Source of the DNA: the human T2T-CHM13v2.0 reference genome, Homo sapiens | DNA length: 64,000 nt | Reading direction: 5' to 3' | Assembly: GCA_009914755.4 (NCBI GenBank) | Contig: CP068257.2 | Location: 41,024,001 to 41,088,000 of the forward strand | Shown: piece after piece, positions 27,801 through 42,392 of the stretch | Layout of the letters: each line of letters starts with the position of its first letter | How positions within the stretch are numbered: the first letter of the stretch is position 1 | The notes under the pieces: generated by a model | What the model was told of the DNA's origin: nothing | The model's input: the letters and a program-made list of their open reading frames with translations, nothing else | The model's database searches: none | Position numbers and translations under genes: made by a program

Positions 27801-30567
27801 CAGTATGAAGATGACAGAGAAGTCAGCAGAGCCCCTGGGGGTTTCAGGAGTTGAGTGGGGACGAGGCAGGTGGCCACACAGCTCGGAGGGAGGGCAGAAG
27901 GCACCCGTCTTCGCAGAGTCACAGTGGGGCTTGCCTCCTATACGTGCCGGAAGGGTGAAGCCCCTTATCTCATTGCCCGATGTGATGAGGTTTGAAGTGG
28001 TTGAGCTTGGAGGGTATGGGCTGAGCCCACAGCAGACAGGCCTGGCAGTGCCCCCCGTCTTCCCACCCTGCGGTCATGCAGCCCGACTCTTGGGGGCGGG
28101 GTGCCACCGTGATGTGCCGTCACTTGCAGCAGTATGTCCTCATGCCAGGCTGAGACCAGCACTGTGTGACCAGCCTGCCCCATGTCCCTCAGCGCTGTGT
28201 CACACTCCACACTGAGGCCCCACTGAAGCATGCCAGGCCCCATCCTATTTCTTCCAGGTAGTCGTCTGCCCAGCACCTCCCCTCCCAGGCCTTGCCCTAA
28301 AGCCCAGGCCTCTCAGCATCCAGGACTCTGGAATCTCCCAGGTGTTGATGGCTGAGGTCATCAGCTGGATGCCAGGACACCCAGGATGCTCCAGGTCCTT
28401 GCTGGGGTCTGGAGTTTGTGATTCAGCCTCAGTCCCTGTGGTGAGTCCACCATGTGTCCTCAGACAATGGATCAGAGAGCCCCCAGAGGACGGCCCGGGG
28501 CCGAGTCGGGTCCAGATGCCAAAGGGGCTTCTCGAGGCATCTCCAGCTCCCACCTGCCCCTCGGAGTGCCAGGCTTGGCTTCTGGAAGAGAAAGCTGGGG
28601 GTTTAGTGACTCCAGCCAACTGCTGTGAGCCCAAGGCATCAAACTAAAAATAGCGAGGCCAAGAGGGAGTCTTTGTGTTCGGCTCAGTGGGCAATGGTGC
28701 CTCACCTCGCAGCATGACACAGGGCTGATGACACGGGGCACGTTGGTCACAAAGTGCCAGTCTCAGCCTGGCACAGGGACGTGCCACCTGCAGGTGATGA
28801 CACATCACAGTGGCAGCCGCTCCTGATGGTGCTGCTGCATTGAGTAGGAGCCCAGATCCAGGGAGACAGTTGCAGCAGATGAGGCAGGAGGCCAGCGAGG
28901 GGTTCTACCTGCTTTCCGGGCTGGCCTCTGCATGGACACAAAGCAGAAAGGGCATAAAGGTGACCCTGGCCACCAAAGCAGACCTGGAGCAAACTGGACC
29001 AGCGCAAGGCCCCGGTGCCAGCACTCAGAGACATTTCTTTTCTGGCAGGAAATTTGTGCTTCATTTTCTAATGAAATTCCAAGGCAATCAAAAGGCAAGG
29101 AAAGAGGAGGGAAAGGAAGGGAGGGAGGGAGGGGGTTCCATTCCCATCCGAATGGAAGCCCCCAAGGCTTCTGTAGCTCCCCCCATCACCAACTTCACTC
29201 ACCACTCTTATCTGATGCCTCCTATTTGGGTACACACGGCCGGGTCGGCCTTGCGAGAGACTCAGTTTCCTCTCGACTTCCGCCCGCCTGCACTGTCACC
29301 ACGTCCTGCCATTGACCTCTGTTCATCCACTCATGGTCACTGCTGTGAGTTGAATTGTGTCTCCCAAAAAAGTGGATTTCTGTGCTAACCTGTGAATGTC
29401 CCGTTAGTTGGAAATAGGGTATTTGCAGACATAATCACATCAAGATGAGGTCATACTGCATTGGGATGGGCCTCAAGCCCATATGCCCGCCATCCTTCTA
29501 AGGAGAGGGAAAGGCAGACACACATTTGTCCATGGAAATGAGAACGGAAGACGTAGAGACAGAATCAGGCCATGTAAAGACAGACTCAGAGACCAGAGTG
29601 ATGCATGTACAAGCCAGGCTCTGCGGGCAGCCCCTAGAAGCTGGAAGAGGCAAGCCTCCTCCCTGGAGTCCTGGGAAGGAGCCAGCCCCGCCCATGCCTC
29701 GAGCTCAGGCTTCAGGCCTCCGGAGCCAAGAGAGATAAACCTCTGTGGTTTCATGTCACCCAGTTTGTGGTCTTTGTTATAGCAGCCCCAGGACACTCAG
29801 GGGGTTGCCTTGTCCACCCCCATCCTGGCCCTCTGAGGGACTGGTTGGCTCTTAGAAGACCGTTCAACCTGCCCTCTGGTCCTCCTCCCCCACCCAGAGA
29901 CCCCTGGCTACACCCTGCCCAAGGGAGCTCACCAAAGCCCACAGGGTCCCTGTGATCTTGTCACCTGGGCTCCCACAGGCCAGCAGTGTTGGAACCTGGA
30001 CATCTGGCTCCAGCCTTGGTGGCCACCCCCGACCTTGCTCTGCTCCTACAGCTCCCGGCCTTCCCTGCCCTGGCCGGCCCTTGCTGAATGTCCCCGCTCC
30101 TAGGAAGCCGGATGTGTCGCGTGCAGGTGCCTCTCTGCACTGTAATAACTCCTCACCAGGCACCCTTGGAGCCCAGGATCAAGTCACTCACCTTCCAACC
30201 CTGCCCCTGCCCAGAGACTGGCACGAGAACCAGTAACAGTTGTTGAATAATGAACAATGGATGCATGCAGCTCACCCGTGAGAGGGCGTTGCTCGGCTGG
30301 GCCAGGGATGAAGCTTCTCCCGCGTGGCTCCACCGTCTATCCCTCAAGCTCCTGATGCTCCCCTGGGCACCTCTGCGCCATGAGGCCCCGTTGAAGTCAG
30401 TTGGGGAGGCAGTGTGGACCGTGAGAAGGGAGTCCTAAGCACAGGAAACGCTGCCTTCCTGGGGCCCTAAAGAACAGGCTCACCTTCCCCAAGGGCCTTC
30501 AGGCCCTGACATCTAAAAAGATGTTCTTTATCAAAGGGGAAAGCAGCCCTGGGGTGGGGGCGTGGCC

Positions 30568-30690
30568 ACCAGTGCAGTGGGCGTGGCCACAACCGAGAGG
30601 GCGTGGTCATTCGTGCAGTGGGCGTGGTCATCAAGAAAGGGCGTGGCTGCAGCCGGAAGGGCGTGGCTATCAGCTCCAGAAGGCCCTTCT
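30568..30690. repeat. 20-21 bp tandem repeat, 6 copies, GGGCGTGGC core
   Basis: 'gggcgtggccaccagtgcagt / gggcgtggccacaaccgagag / ggcgtggtcattcgtgcagt / gggcgtggtcatcaagaaag / ggcgtggctgcagccggaag / ggcgtggctatcagc'. Confidence 0.85.
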
Positions 30691-33600
30691 TGCTGTCCTT
30701 GGACTTGGGTTCTCCTTGTCGACGAGGATCTCAGCTGGAGCTGCCAGGGGCAGGGCTGGCACCAAAGCACTTCTGAAGTCTCCCCGCCTCCCAAGTGTGA
30801 GGCTGTGGGGAAGGAGGGAGGGCAGCTGGCTTGTTTCTGGATGAGCCCATCTGACTCAGCAGCTGGGACCCAGCAGGAGCGCAGAGCAGGTCCTGAAGGT
30901 GCCGAGGCCCCACCCGCAGCTCCGTCTCAGCTTTGTGAGGGCTGCACTCCCCCGTGTGCATCCGGCGTCACAAAGGACCACAGGCCCGGCGGCCTCCACA
31001 GCAGACACCAAGGCCCTCGCGGTCTGAAGGCCGAATTCCCAGGTCAGGCTGCAGCAGGGCTGGTTCCTGAGGCCTCTCCTGGGCTGGCACCTCCTCCCCG
31101 TGTCCATGCAGGGCCGAGCCTCTGCATGTCTGTGTCCTCGGCGCCTCGTTTTACAAGGACATCTCATTTTAAAGGCCCGGTCTCCAAATAAGGTCATATC
31201 GTGAAGTGCTGGGGTCAGAACTACAGCATGAATTTTGACGGGACACAGTTCAGTCCATAGCACCCGCTTTGGGAAGTGGGAATGACCTCTCCCTTCCCCA
31301 TCTTCTGGCCTTTGTAACCCTAATGTGGGAAAGCAGGAGGGATCCAGAACGACATTGGGTCACCAAAGAGAGCATCGCAGCCCAAAAGGTTGAAAGGCGG
31401 CACCAAGGTCCCGCGCCTGGTGACCGCCGACTCGCCCTCCCGGGCTCCAGGCTGTCCCCACTCCCCCCCGCCCCAACCCCAGCATGTTGAGGCGCCTGGT
31501 CCCAACTGCCCATTCACTCCCTGTACACAGACTGCTTCTTTGTCCTCCAGCCAGGGGTGAAGGGCCATGCTGGCGAAACAGCAAACAACCCCAACATGCT
31601 TTGCAGCCTGGCCAACCACATGACCAGTTTGAGGAGGTTGGCTGGAGATCACAATGAGGAAGTTGGATGAGGGGGTCCAACTTCTAGCAGCCCATAAGCC
31701 TATCCATTCAGACACCAAATCCATGGAAAACAGAGAGACAATATACTGATTTTCAAAAGGGAGACATACCCCAGCAAGTACAGACCAGGGAACAGGGTGC
31801 TGACGTGGCCACAGTTCTTAAACTACTCGACTTCATGGATGGGGCACAGTTTTTTTTAAAGGAGGATTTAGAATTCTATTTGGCAGGTGGCATGAAAAAG
31901 AGTTTTGAATAGAAACACACCCCTCCCTCCCAGTTGCCTGCCCAGTATGTTTGTTTTGTTCTCTTGAAACAAAGGAAGAGAGTGGTGAGGAGGGAGGGAA
32001 GATGAACCAGGAAGAATGAAAGCACTTGGCCTGCTTCTCAGATGGTCTTGGACTGTCTCCGCTCACAGGAGTTGCAGGTTTTTGGGTTTTATGCAAGTTC
32101 GGATCACAACAGGCCTCTTGCAAGAACCAGGCATTACCTTTATTCCAAAAGCCTTGCTGGGCCTTCTTGAAAGGACTGGCAGCCACCACTTCCCTAGAAA
32201 CCCGTGGCAAGTTCCCTCCTCCCGACCCCCTGCTGTTTGGTCCAGGACCCCCTGCAGTCCTGACTGGGACCCACTTGGCCCTTCTCAAGGGACCCAGCAC
32301 AGGACGTGTGTTTCTGCTTTGATGAACCGCCCTTTCCCCCCTGCAGTTCTAGTGGAATCTCCCCTCCCTTATCCCATTCCCACTTGGAAATGATGATGAT
32401 GGAATGGGCGATGCCGGCTTACCAAGACATCCAAGCTCTCTGGGTCGAAGTTGGAGAGAGGGGTGCACAAAAAGGATTCCACTCCTGTCTGCCTTCCCCT
32501 GCCTCCCCGCTGGGGTGTCCCTTTCCCATGGTTTCCTCTAAATCTTTTCACCCATGTCCAGCCACACCATTCTCACATACTGCCTTGAAACTGGGCTCGA
32601 AGGGGCTGCGTGCTGAGAGAAGGTCCTCTCCCCCAGTGATCCTCCAGAGGGGCTGCCGCCTGGGTCCCCCGAGCACCTCCTACCCCACCCTCCCCATTCC
32701 TGCCATCCCCAGGGTCCAGGGAGCCCAGATTCCAGGGAAGGGTTGCATTAGCTCCCACTCGGAGTCCTGATGCAGCAGAGACAGACAGAGGCCCTGGGAG
32801 AAGTGAGCATGAATTATTAAGACAAGACAAGGGTGAGGCCCCAGAGAGGGGGTGGCGGAAGGGTCATGTTCATGCAGCGAGAGTTGCTTCGAGCTTGAAC
32901 CGCGTATCCAGGAGTCAAGCAGATTGCAACTGGCGAGAGGCCTTCAGAAATGCCCCGTGAGAGTCCTGTGTGCAGAGCTCCATCTCAGCACACTTCCTGT
33001 TCTTTTGGTTCGTCGATTTTTGCATTTTCAGTCCCCTGTGATCCATTATTTATAACAGTGGAGATTGGCCTCAGACACTAGCAGTGAGGAAAACAAAAGC
33101 GAAGCTACGCAGAAAAATGACAAGAGTGATGAGCACAGCAGTCATGACAAATGAGCCCTGTGCGGAGGCCCGGGATCCGCGCAGATGCCGGCGCGGGGGA
33201 AATGGGCCCTGAAATCCCACCGTCAGGCCAGGCAGCTCTGAGCGTGACCTGGAGGGCTGTTCAGACGGTCTGGGTAGCCGTGTCCTGCGCATGAACATCC
33301 TCCGTCGGGAGAGGAATTCCCCACGGATTATCAGAGCTGCTCCCTCCACCCCCCGCCACGTCCCACGCGGGCCACATCAACTCCCTCTGCAGCCTCTGGC
33401 CAGCGGCTGAGCCCTCCGTGTCTCCCCTCGTTAATGCCTCCTTCACCATCCCCTCCTGAAGTTTCCCCCATTGCATACACGCGCTGAGGCCCACCCGGTA
33501 TCAAGGACTCCCATTGCTTGCGAAAAAGATTCCACCCCTCTTAGAACAGAGACCAGGGCCGCTGTAGCAAATGGCCATAAATGCCACAGCTTAAAACAAC

Positions 33601-34489
33601 AGAAACGGATTATCTCGCAGCTCTGGAGGATGGAGTCCAAAATCTGAATCGCTGGGCTGAAATCCAGGTGTGGGCAGGGCCGCGCTCCCTCTAGAGGCTC
33701 CCCCGGAGATTCCCTTCCTTGCCTCTTCCAGCTGCTGGTGGCTGCCAGCAGTTTGGGAATTGCGGCCGCATCACACCACCTTTCTGTTTGTTGTTGACAT
33801 CCCCGCCTCCCCTGCCTGCGGGGTCTTAGATGTCTCTCTCCTTCCCACTGAGTTTCACTCCACATTTGAATTGGATTAACTCATGCCATGTTAGGCAAAC
33901 GTGCCCCTCAAATCCTTCCACTTAACAGACATTTATTGAAGGTTCCTGTGTGCGGGGCCCAAGAGAAGGGACATTAAATTAGGAGATGAACCTTGGGAGG
34001 CCATGGCATGCTTCGGAGCCTCGGCGTCAAAATGACAACCCACACCCCACTTGGCGGTTCATCTGGGGCCCTGGAATCAGCAGACTGAGGCTGGAACCCA
34101 GCAATGGCACATGCTGGCTGTATGTTCTCGGGCCTCAGTTTCAACATCAGTGACATGGGGATAGAATCTGCCCAGCGGAGTTAAGTCACCGCATCCCGGA
34201 GAGCCGAGTGTCTCATAGAGGCTCCTGGTGTGGTCTCCATGCTGCTGCTCAGCACGGAATGAAGAGGTTCAGGAACTTGCCCACAGCCACGGATAATGAG
34301 GGACAGAGCTGGAATTGAGCCCGGGAACCTGCACACACAGCCCAGTGTGACCGTGCCTTCTAGAGAGAGGCCAGCCCTGGCACCAGGTGGGCATGCCAGC
34401 ATCACCTTCAAGGTGTGCTTTAAGGATCCAAGATAATGTGGGTGCTTCAACAGATGCATGGCAATAAAAGGAAAGCACCATGTTTCACC

Positions 34490-35280
34490 TTCACACACAC
34501 ACACTTACACATTCACACACTCACATACTTACACACATTCTCATACACTCACACATATGCTTACACACATTCACAGGCTCACACATGCTTACACACACAT
34601 TCACACGCACACACATTCACACGCACACATACACTTACACACATTCACACACATACACTTACATTCACACACATACACTTACATTCACACTCATACACAT
34701 ACATACATTCACACACATATTCACACATTCACACATACACATTCACACACATACACTTAGACACCACACTCACATTCACACACATTCACATACATTTACA
34801 CACACATCCACACACACATTCACACACATTCACATTTACATTCACAAACATTCACACATACATTCACACGCACTTACAGTCACACATACACTTATACACA
34901 GTCACACAGACTTGCACATAGACTTACACACATACACTTACACACGCACTCACACCTTCACACACACAGGCAATCACACATTCACACTCACGTACACTTA
35001 CCCACACATTCACACATACACACACCACATACACGCATACACTTACACATGCACTCACACACTATCACATTCACACACACATACACTTACAAACTATCAT
35101 TCACACACATACACACATACACATGCATTCACACACATGCTCACACACTCACACATACACTTACACTCACAGTCACATACACCCACATTCACACACATAC
35201 ACTCACATTCACACGCACATACACTCTGACACACATATACATACATTCACTCACACATACATTCACACACACACGGATGC
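34490..35280. repeat. About 0.8-kb imperfect CA-rich (CACACATTCACAC / CTTACACA) simple-repeat tract
   Basis: Continuous 'cacacacttacacattcacacactcacatacttacacacattc...'. Source of ORFs 34436..35229. Confidence 0.95.
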
Positions 35281-38200
35281 ATTAGTTTTCAAGTCAGGAT
35301 CCTAGCACAGCCCACACCCTGCATTTGCTTGGTGTCTCCTGAGGTCTCTAGTTATACTTCCCATCCCTTTTCTTGCCATGTATTTCCTGAACACATGTTA
35401 TCTTTGATCCTTAAACCATGACTTAGAGATACAGATGTATGACAAGCTGAGAGATGATGTGAGACTGTTGTTAATTTTTTCTCCATGTACTAATTACATT
35501 GTGGTTATCTTAACCACAAAGGAAGCGTTCTACTCCAGAGAACCGCGTGGAAACAGTGCAGATGGACTAGCACGATACCTGAGAGGAGCTTTAGGATAAC
35601 TCCGGTGCTGGGGAGGTTGGGGCCCAGTTCAAGCAGGAGGGGAGGCGTGGGGACAGGTGTTGAAGCTGTGGGTGTGCAGCGGAGGCTTCATGACGCTTTC
35701 CTCCTGCTCTTGTGTACGTCTGAGCATTTCCATAACAGGGAAGTGTTTTGTTTTGTTTTTTAAATAACATTTTAAATGCCTCTGGCACATGGGAATCCAT
35801 GGTAATTTCTGTCGTTGTTGTATATTCTTTTTCAAATGCAAGGACCTGAAAAATATCTCCTAAACTGGAAAAGGAAATGAGGCTGAATACAGATTTTATT
35901 TTAGCAAATAGAGAAGCAGTGATTGTCTGGCGGTTAACTGTAATCCATTCTGAGTGTGACTTTACTGTTAAGTATTCTAAAAACAAGAGACCAAACAAAA
36001 TGAACAATATGTCCAAATGTGTATATATATAATTTGTAACTAGAGGTAAATTGCAGATGAATTGCAGATGTACACAGACAGATGGATGGACAGATGATTG
36101 ATATAGATTGATTGACAGATGATTCATAGATAACTTGCAATGTTTCTTCAGTGAACGCATATTTATTTCTTGGGTAATAAGAAAAAACAATAGAATGTGG
36201 AATTTGGGGCTTGGCCTCTTTTAGCTCATTTAAAAAAATATTAAACACTTGGAATTATCGAGCGCTGAAAAAGGCAATAGAAAATTCACCTTTTAACTCC
36301 CTCAAAGATAGAAATGTGTGAATCTGCTAGTGGGTTGCGTTTGGCTGGTCCTGCAGGCTGATTTGGTCTGTTCTCTCTCCCAGAGAGATCCCCAAGCCCG
36401 GCTGAGATGTGCCTGTTTGTCTTGAGGGCAGACAAAGCCTAGCAAAATCTTATGGAAGCTGATATAAAAGCTTAATAGCTTATAAAAGCTCTAAAAATGA
36501 TTCACAGTCTAGGATAGAGAAAATAAAAGGAATTTGAATTGGTTTATTTTCCTTTAGAGGAGCCTAAATCAATATTTATTCTGAGTATGCAATCAGAAAT
36601 ATCAGTAATTTGAGAACAAGGCAAACAGAGCTGCACATCCCGTTATGGCCACGAGCCCACCTCGCCTTCGTTCAGACCACAGCTGAAGGTCTGACTTAGG
36701 TGCAGCACGCACCCCTGGAGCTGAGGGCCTGGAGCAGGGCCAGGCCGGGCTCTTCTCTCTCTTGTCTGTCCTCGTCTGTGGGGGAATGAAGATGACACAG
36801 CACTCAGGAGGTCCTTTTCAGGACCCAGAGTCACTGGGCTTTTAGGGCGTTTGGCTCTGGTTCTAGCCCGAGTGTGGTCTCAGTCCCCATTGGTGGTTGT
36901 GGTTGTGGCATGGGCATCATTAGTCACACAACATAAAACCACAGAACGCAGAATTTGCTCACCCTGGTTCACACAGGAGCAAGCTTGGGCACCAGCACCC
37001 CCTGAACGCATGCCAAAGGGCAGGTCCAGCTCAGTGCTGGGGTGTGGAGGAACCCACCTGGGGCCTGCCTGCAAAGACAGATGCCCTGCCGTGTTTAGAA
37101 AAAGAGAAAACTGGCCTAAACCACAGTGAGGTCAAATGGATCATTTAACCCGTCGAGTTTGGTTTCTTGTTCATCCGACGCGGTTGATCTTATTAACGCA
37201 TATGTGTTTGTGTTGATGTGGCCTCCAGCTTCTGTCGCACTGTGGACACAGTTGGATGTGGCTGCTAATCAATGCGGGGCTCCGTAGGTCAGTGAGAGCA
37301 ATCAGAGCCTGCTGTGCGGTGGCATCCCCGAGTTAAGACAGGCTTTTGTCCCATACTCTATTGAAACACCCAGAAATGCTGACATGTTGAAGTTAAGGCC
37401 ATGTGCCTTGGTGCTACTTGCTTGCGAAACAGCCTTTGAAGGAAAAAGGAGGAGGAGGATCCATGAGTTTCAAGGGTCCCCTCCTGTAATCACGGCTGCC
37501 ACTCAACGGAGTAAGTAATGTGTAGCGGGCCCTCTATCTGCATGACGAATCCTCCTAACATTCCTGTGGGCGAGGTAGGATTTGTCTCGCTTTGCAGCCG
37601 AAGAATCAGAGCCTCAGAAAAGTTAAGAAATCTTCCCTGGGTCAAGCTGGTAGGAGGAGGGACTGGAACTGAACTCACATCTCCACCTCCTCTCTTCCTA
37701 CTCCTCTGCCTTTCTTGCACCTAGAGCAGTGTACAACATCAACAACTGACCAGGGCGATCCTAGAGGTAAGAGACAGCCGAATGGCACGGACCCAGCCAA
37801 GCCCAGGCCTGCCCAGGTGGAACAGAGCCAGCTAGGAGCATTCGGTAGCAGAGGTCAGTCCGCTGATTGACTGTTCTCACTTCCAGGCCCACAGCCTCCT
37901 CCACCCTGATGGTCTATGAGTCTAGTGCGGCCCTTTGCACAATTTTAGCAACTGAACCCTTTTCCTCACAGAATTGTGATACCGTCCTAACATATGAAGC
38001 ATATATAAACAGTTGGGCAAATCATAATAGTTTCCATTATTTCATAAATTTGCATTTGTGGCACCAAGGAGAGAATTAATGGGAACAAGAGGGTTCTTGT
38101 GTGAGTTCCGCATTTGGATTTGGGGGTTCGAGGTGGCAGCTATAGGCTCACATTAGTGTCTGCATCACTTTGCTTCAGTTTGTCACGGTGGCCCCCCAAA

Positions 38201-38764
38201 TCCAGAACCGCCCTCCTCGCTGTGTGAGGAGGGTCCTGCCTGCACCGCTTTGCAGACATGGGCCAGCCTGGATGCCTGGGCGACGCTGCCCTGCGACTCG
38301 CTGGCCTGCAGGACATCTGCAAAACATTCAGGTCTCACGGCAGTGGCCATGAACGGCCTCACAGACACTGAGTGGACCTGACCCCAAAGAGAATGCGTCG
38401 TCCTTGAACGTGTCGATATTTAGGTTATTACACAATGAGTGTGTTGCTTTGCAATTAGTGTCTGAAAGAGTTAGAGCAGATGTACATATAGAAACGAAGA
38501 AACGAAATCTGAATCCATGCTGACAGATTCCCCCTCCCCAAACCTTGCTCAAGGTAACACAGGCGACCAGGAGCAAGTCCCGGCCGGCCCCCTGCTAGCG
38601 TGGTCTGAGTGGCCCAAGCAGGACCCCTGCCCAGGCTCACTGGACTCTCCTGGAGCCCCCAGACACGACACCCTTCCTCATCACTGAAAATCCACTTCCA
38701 CAGTGTAGGAGATGCATGGATCTGAGGGCCAGTAGGAAGTGCTGGAGCTTTAGGCTTTAGACAT

Positions 38765-38832
38765 TCTTTTTTTTTTTTTTTTTGAGACAGGGTCTCCATT
38801 TGTGGCCCAGGCTGGGGTACAGTGGCGTGAGA
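38765..38832 (-). mobile_element. Truncated Alu fragment (antisense, 3' portion only)
   Basis: Poly-T then 'gagacagggtctccatttgtggcccaggctggggtacagtggcgtgag', ending abruptly. Confidence 0.8.
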
Positions 38833-40287
38833 AATTCTTTAACACTCTGCCGAGTCCTGGCCCTTGGGGAGTGAGGCCTGGCTATGAGGCTTCTTGTCAG
38901 AACTCCGTGTGACTCTCAGGATGGAAGAACAGGGTGGGGGCTGCTCCTCCCCTCCCTCCCTCCAGCCCCTGGCCTTTGTAAAACGGCTCCGCCTACGCGC
39001 CTGTAGCCAGTGCAGAACCAGGGAGGCCTCTCCCCTTCCCTTCCCAGGAGGGGCCCCGCCTTGTCCTCCATGCCGGATTCTGTTCGTCCTCCCCCAGGTC
39101 CTCTCTGCTGCCTCCCACTGCCCCATTTCCTCCAGGAACCTTCCTCTCTCCTACCACCAGCCTCTCTCCTACCCCCAGACACACACTCTTTACATGCCGA
39201 TTTCTGTCCTCTGGTTAACTGGCGTTTAATTTTCTCAGCTGCTTGGCTTAATGCCAAAGAGTGTTCTTCCAAATAAAAATGGTAAAGACCTTTTTTCTCC
39301 CATGAGAATTTTATGTAAACGCAGTGCAGCATGCTCGTAGGCTGGTTCTGTTATCAATTTCTAAGCTCAGCTTCCAGAGCTAGAGAACTTTTTTATTGGT
39401 TATAAAAACCCTACATATTCAGTGCAGAAATTCTGAAAAATGCAGAACAGTATCAGGGAGAAAATAACTCATCCCCCACTACCCAGAGAAAACCGCTGTT
39501 AACACCGAAGTGCCACAGTTGCTGGCGTTCTCACACAGGTGTGCGTTTAGGAGTGTGTAAGTGCGTGTAAGTGTGTGTCTGGCTTTCTTTCACATAATTT
39601 TGTGTCCTGATCATTTTCACTCAGCATTACATCAGCAGCGGTTTCCAATATAGCATTAAATTGTCTTCAAAAACATGATTTTAATGCCTCTATAAAGTTC
39701 CATCATGGAGGCTCACTAAAATGTAATCACTTCATTGTTTATGAGATACTCAGCTTAATTCCATTTCTCTGCAGTGAATAATCCAGAGGAACACGCTCAG
39801 TGTGCATCTTTGCTTGCAGCAGGGCAGCGCAGGGCATTGGTTGGGGTATAAATCCGGGGGTGCAGTGGAGATTAGATTAGATCGTCCGTGGAAAGCACCA
39901 GAATGGTGCCTGGCACTTAATAAATGCTCTTATTAGTATGTTTATCTTCATTATGTCCCTAAGAGCCATTCCTGGAAATGAGACTGTGAGTCAAAGGGCA
40001 CAAATACCGCCAACCTGCTTTCCGACAGCGCTGTGTGGATACACGGGCCCGAACGGCGCCAGCCTCACTGCCTCTGCGTTAGTGCCGCCACTTCATCTCA
40101 GATACTCTCCTGAAGATAAGAGGAGAGTCCCATGCAGCCATAAGAAAGACAACGGAGAGATCTGTGTACCCTCCACCCAGTCTCCCCTACTGGGACTGTC
40201 GTGCAAAATTATGGCCCAGTCTTACAACCAGGGTATTGACAGCGAGACAAGCCCCCATCTGATCCAGATTCTCCAGTTGTACTTGCT

Positions 40288-40710
40288 GATGTCGTTTAGA
40301 TATTTGTCCCCGCCAAATCTCATGTTGAATTGGTATCCTCAGTGTTGGAGTGGGGCCTGGTGGGAGGTGACTGGATCGTGGGGTGGGTTTCTCACAAATG
40401 GTTTAGTGCCATCCCCTTGGTGCTATCCTTGAGATAGTGAATTCTTGCAAGATCTGGTTGTTTATGTGTGAAGGTAGAAGGCATCTCCTCTCTCTCCCTC
40501 ACGGGTGTGCACGCCTCCCTTCATCATGTGATATGCCTGCTCCTGTTTCACCTTCCATCCTGAGTGAAAGCTCCCTGAGGCCTCCCCAGAAGCCCAGTGA
40601 TGTCGGTGCCATGCTTATACAGCCTGCAGAACTGTGAGCCAATTAGAAATTGGCTTTATAAATGACCCAGTCTCAGATATTTCTTTATAGCAATGCAAGA
40701 ACAGCCTCAT
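40288..40710 (+). mobile_element. MaLR-type solo LTR (THE1/MST-like)
   Basis: 'gtccccgccaaatctcatgttgaattggtatcctcagtgttggagtggggcctggtgggaggtgactggatcgtgggg...gcctccccagaagcc...cagcctgcagaactgtgagccaattagaaat...ttataaatgacccagtctcagatatttctttatagcaatgcaagaac' follows the THE1/MST LTR consensus from start to end. Confidence 0.85.
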
Positions 40711-42027
40711 GCACTTGTACTCACTTGAGCATGTGCACTTACTTCTGCACGATGTTCTTGCCTGTGTAGACTCTTACATCCACAACCACAGTCACAGTCT
40801 AGAACATTCCATCGCCGCAAGGCTGCCTCTTATAACCAACCACATCCCCTACCTGCACCCATTTCCAACACCCCATGCCTAACTCGATTTCCAGCACCCC
40901 GTCCTGGTGAACATGAATCTGTTCTCTATCTCTTCAATTCCGTCATTTCAAGAATATTATATAAATGGGATTACACAGTATGTAACCTCTTGAGACTGGC
41001 TTTTTCCAACTGGCATCATTCCCTTGAGATCCATCCAAGTGGTTGTGTGCACCTTTTCCTTGCTGAGCCGTGTTCCATGTTGTGGGCCGACCCCAGTTTA
41101 GCACTCGCCCATTGGAGGGTTGGAGGGCATCCGACTCATCTCTAGTGTGGGGCAGTGCGTCACCTTCTCACAATTGTCAACGGGATTGTCACTAGTATTT
41201 GCCTTCCATGTCTTGGAGGCCAATGTGGCTGCTCTTAGAAATCAGTCCTCCTTATTTTGGTTGGGGAGATTTCTGATGTCAGTTTGACGTTTATAATTAA
41301 TAAGCATCATCATCAAGTTACAAGAGTAAATAAAAATATGAGGCAGGGTGAAATGTAAGATGCTCGAGAGGCTGAGATCAGTAGCTGTGTGAATACAGCA
41401 GGGCGGGCACCAGCAGTGAGCTCCACGGGGCCCAGCGTCCGGCCTCATTAACCAGCTGCCCTTGGGGAGGAGCAGAGCCCGCTCTTCCCTCCTGGGGAAG
41501 GGTAGTGTGATGGAAAGACAGGCTGCCCTTCTCTCCTGCAGGAGCTCAGCATCATGCTGTGTACATGCCTGGGCTCTCTTCTTCAGCCCTAGCCACTTAA
41601 AACCACTTGGAGGGAAAGATTGTAGAATAATTATAATGAGGAAAATTTCGCTCCAGATTCGTTACTCCAAGTTCAGAGAAGCTCTGTAAAAATTGTTGCT
41701 AAGGCAATTGAATAAAGAATGTCAGCCGATGTAAGCGATAACAGCAAGACAATGAACATAATTGCATGTTTTACAACAACCAACCTCAAAGCATGACTTC
41801 CCTGACATAGATATGTTTTTTAATGATTTTGAAAGGTAACACAGACATTTTCAGGGATTTGGAGAGGAAACTAATGCCATCCTGGTTTACCAGCTTTATG
41901 GGGTCATCTCTCCGGTGAAAAAGACTGCAGCCAGCCTCGCAGAGAGGGCGCTGTCTTAGGGAGGCACCTCCAACTGTCCCCGCGACCCAGCCCCTAAGTG
42001 CTTCACATCAACACTGTTCTTTTGTGA

Positions 42028-42392
<365 letters not shown>

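Noticed and set aside
26652-28215. Very long plus-strand ORFs (400 and 448 aa; also 309 aa) and Cys/Val-rich minus-strand ORFs
   Set aside because: Pure translations of the CA-rich simple repeat (His-Thr or Cys-Val polymers). There is no start or splice context, so these are not genes. The same applies to the ORFs at 1569-2156 and 34436-35305.
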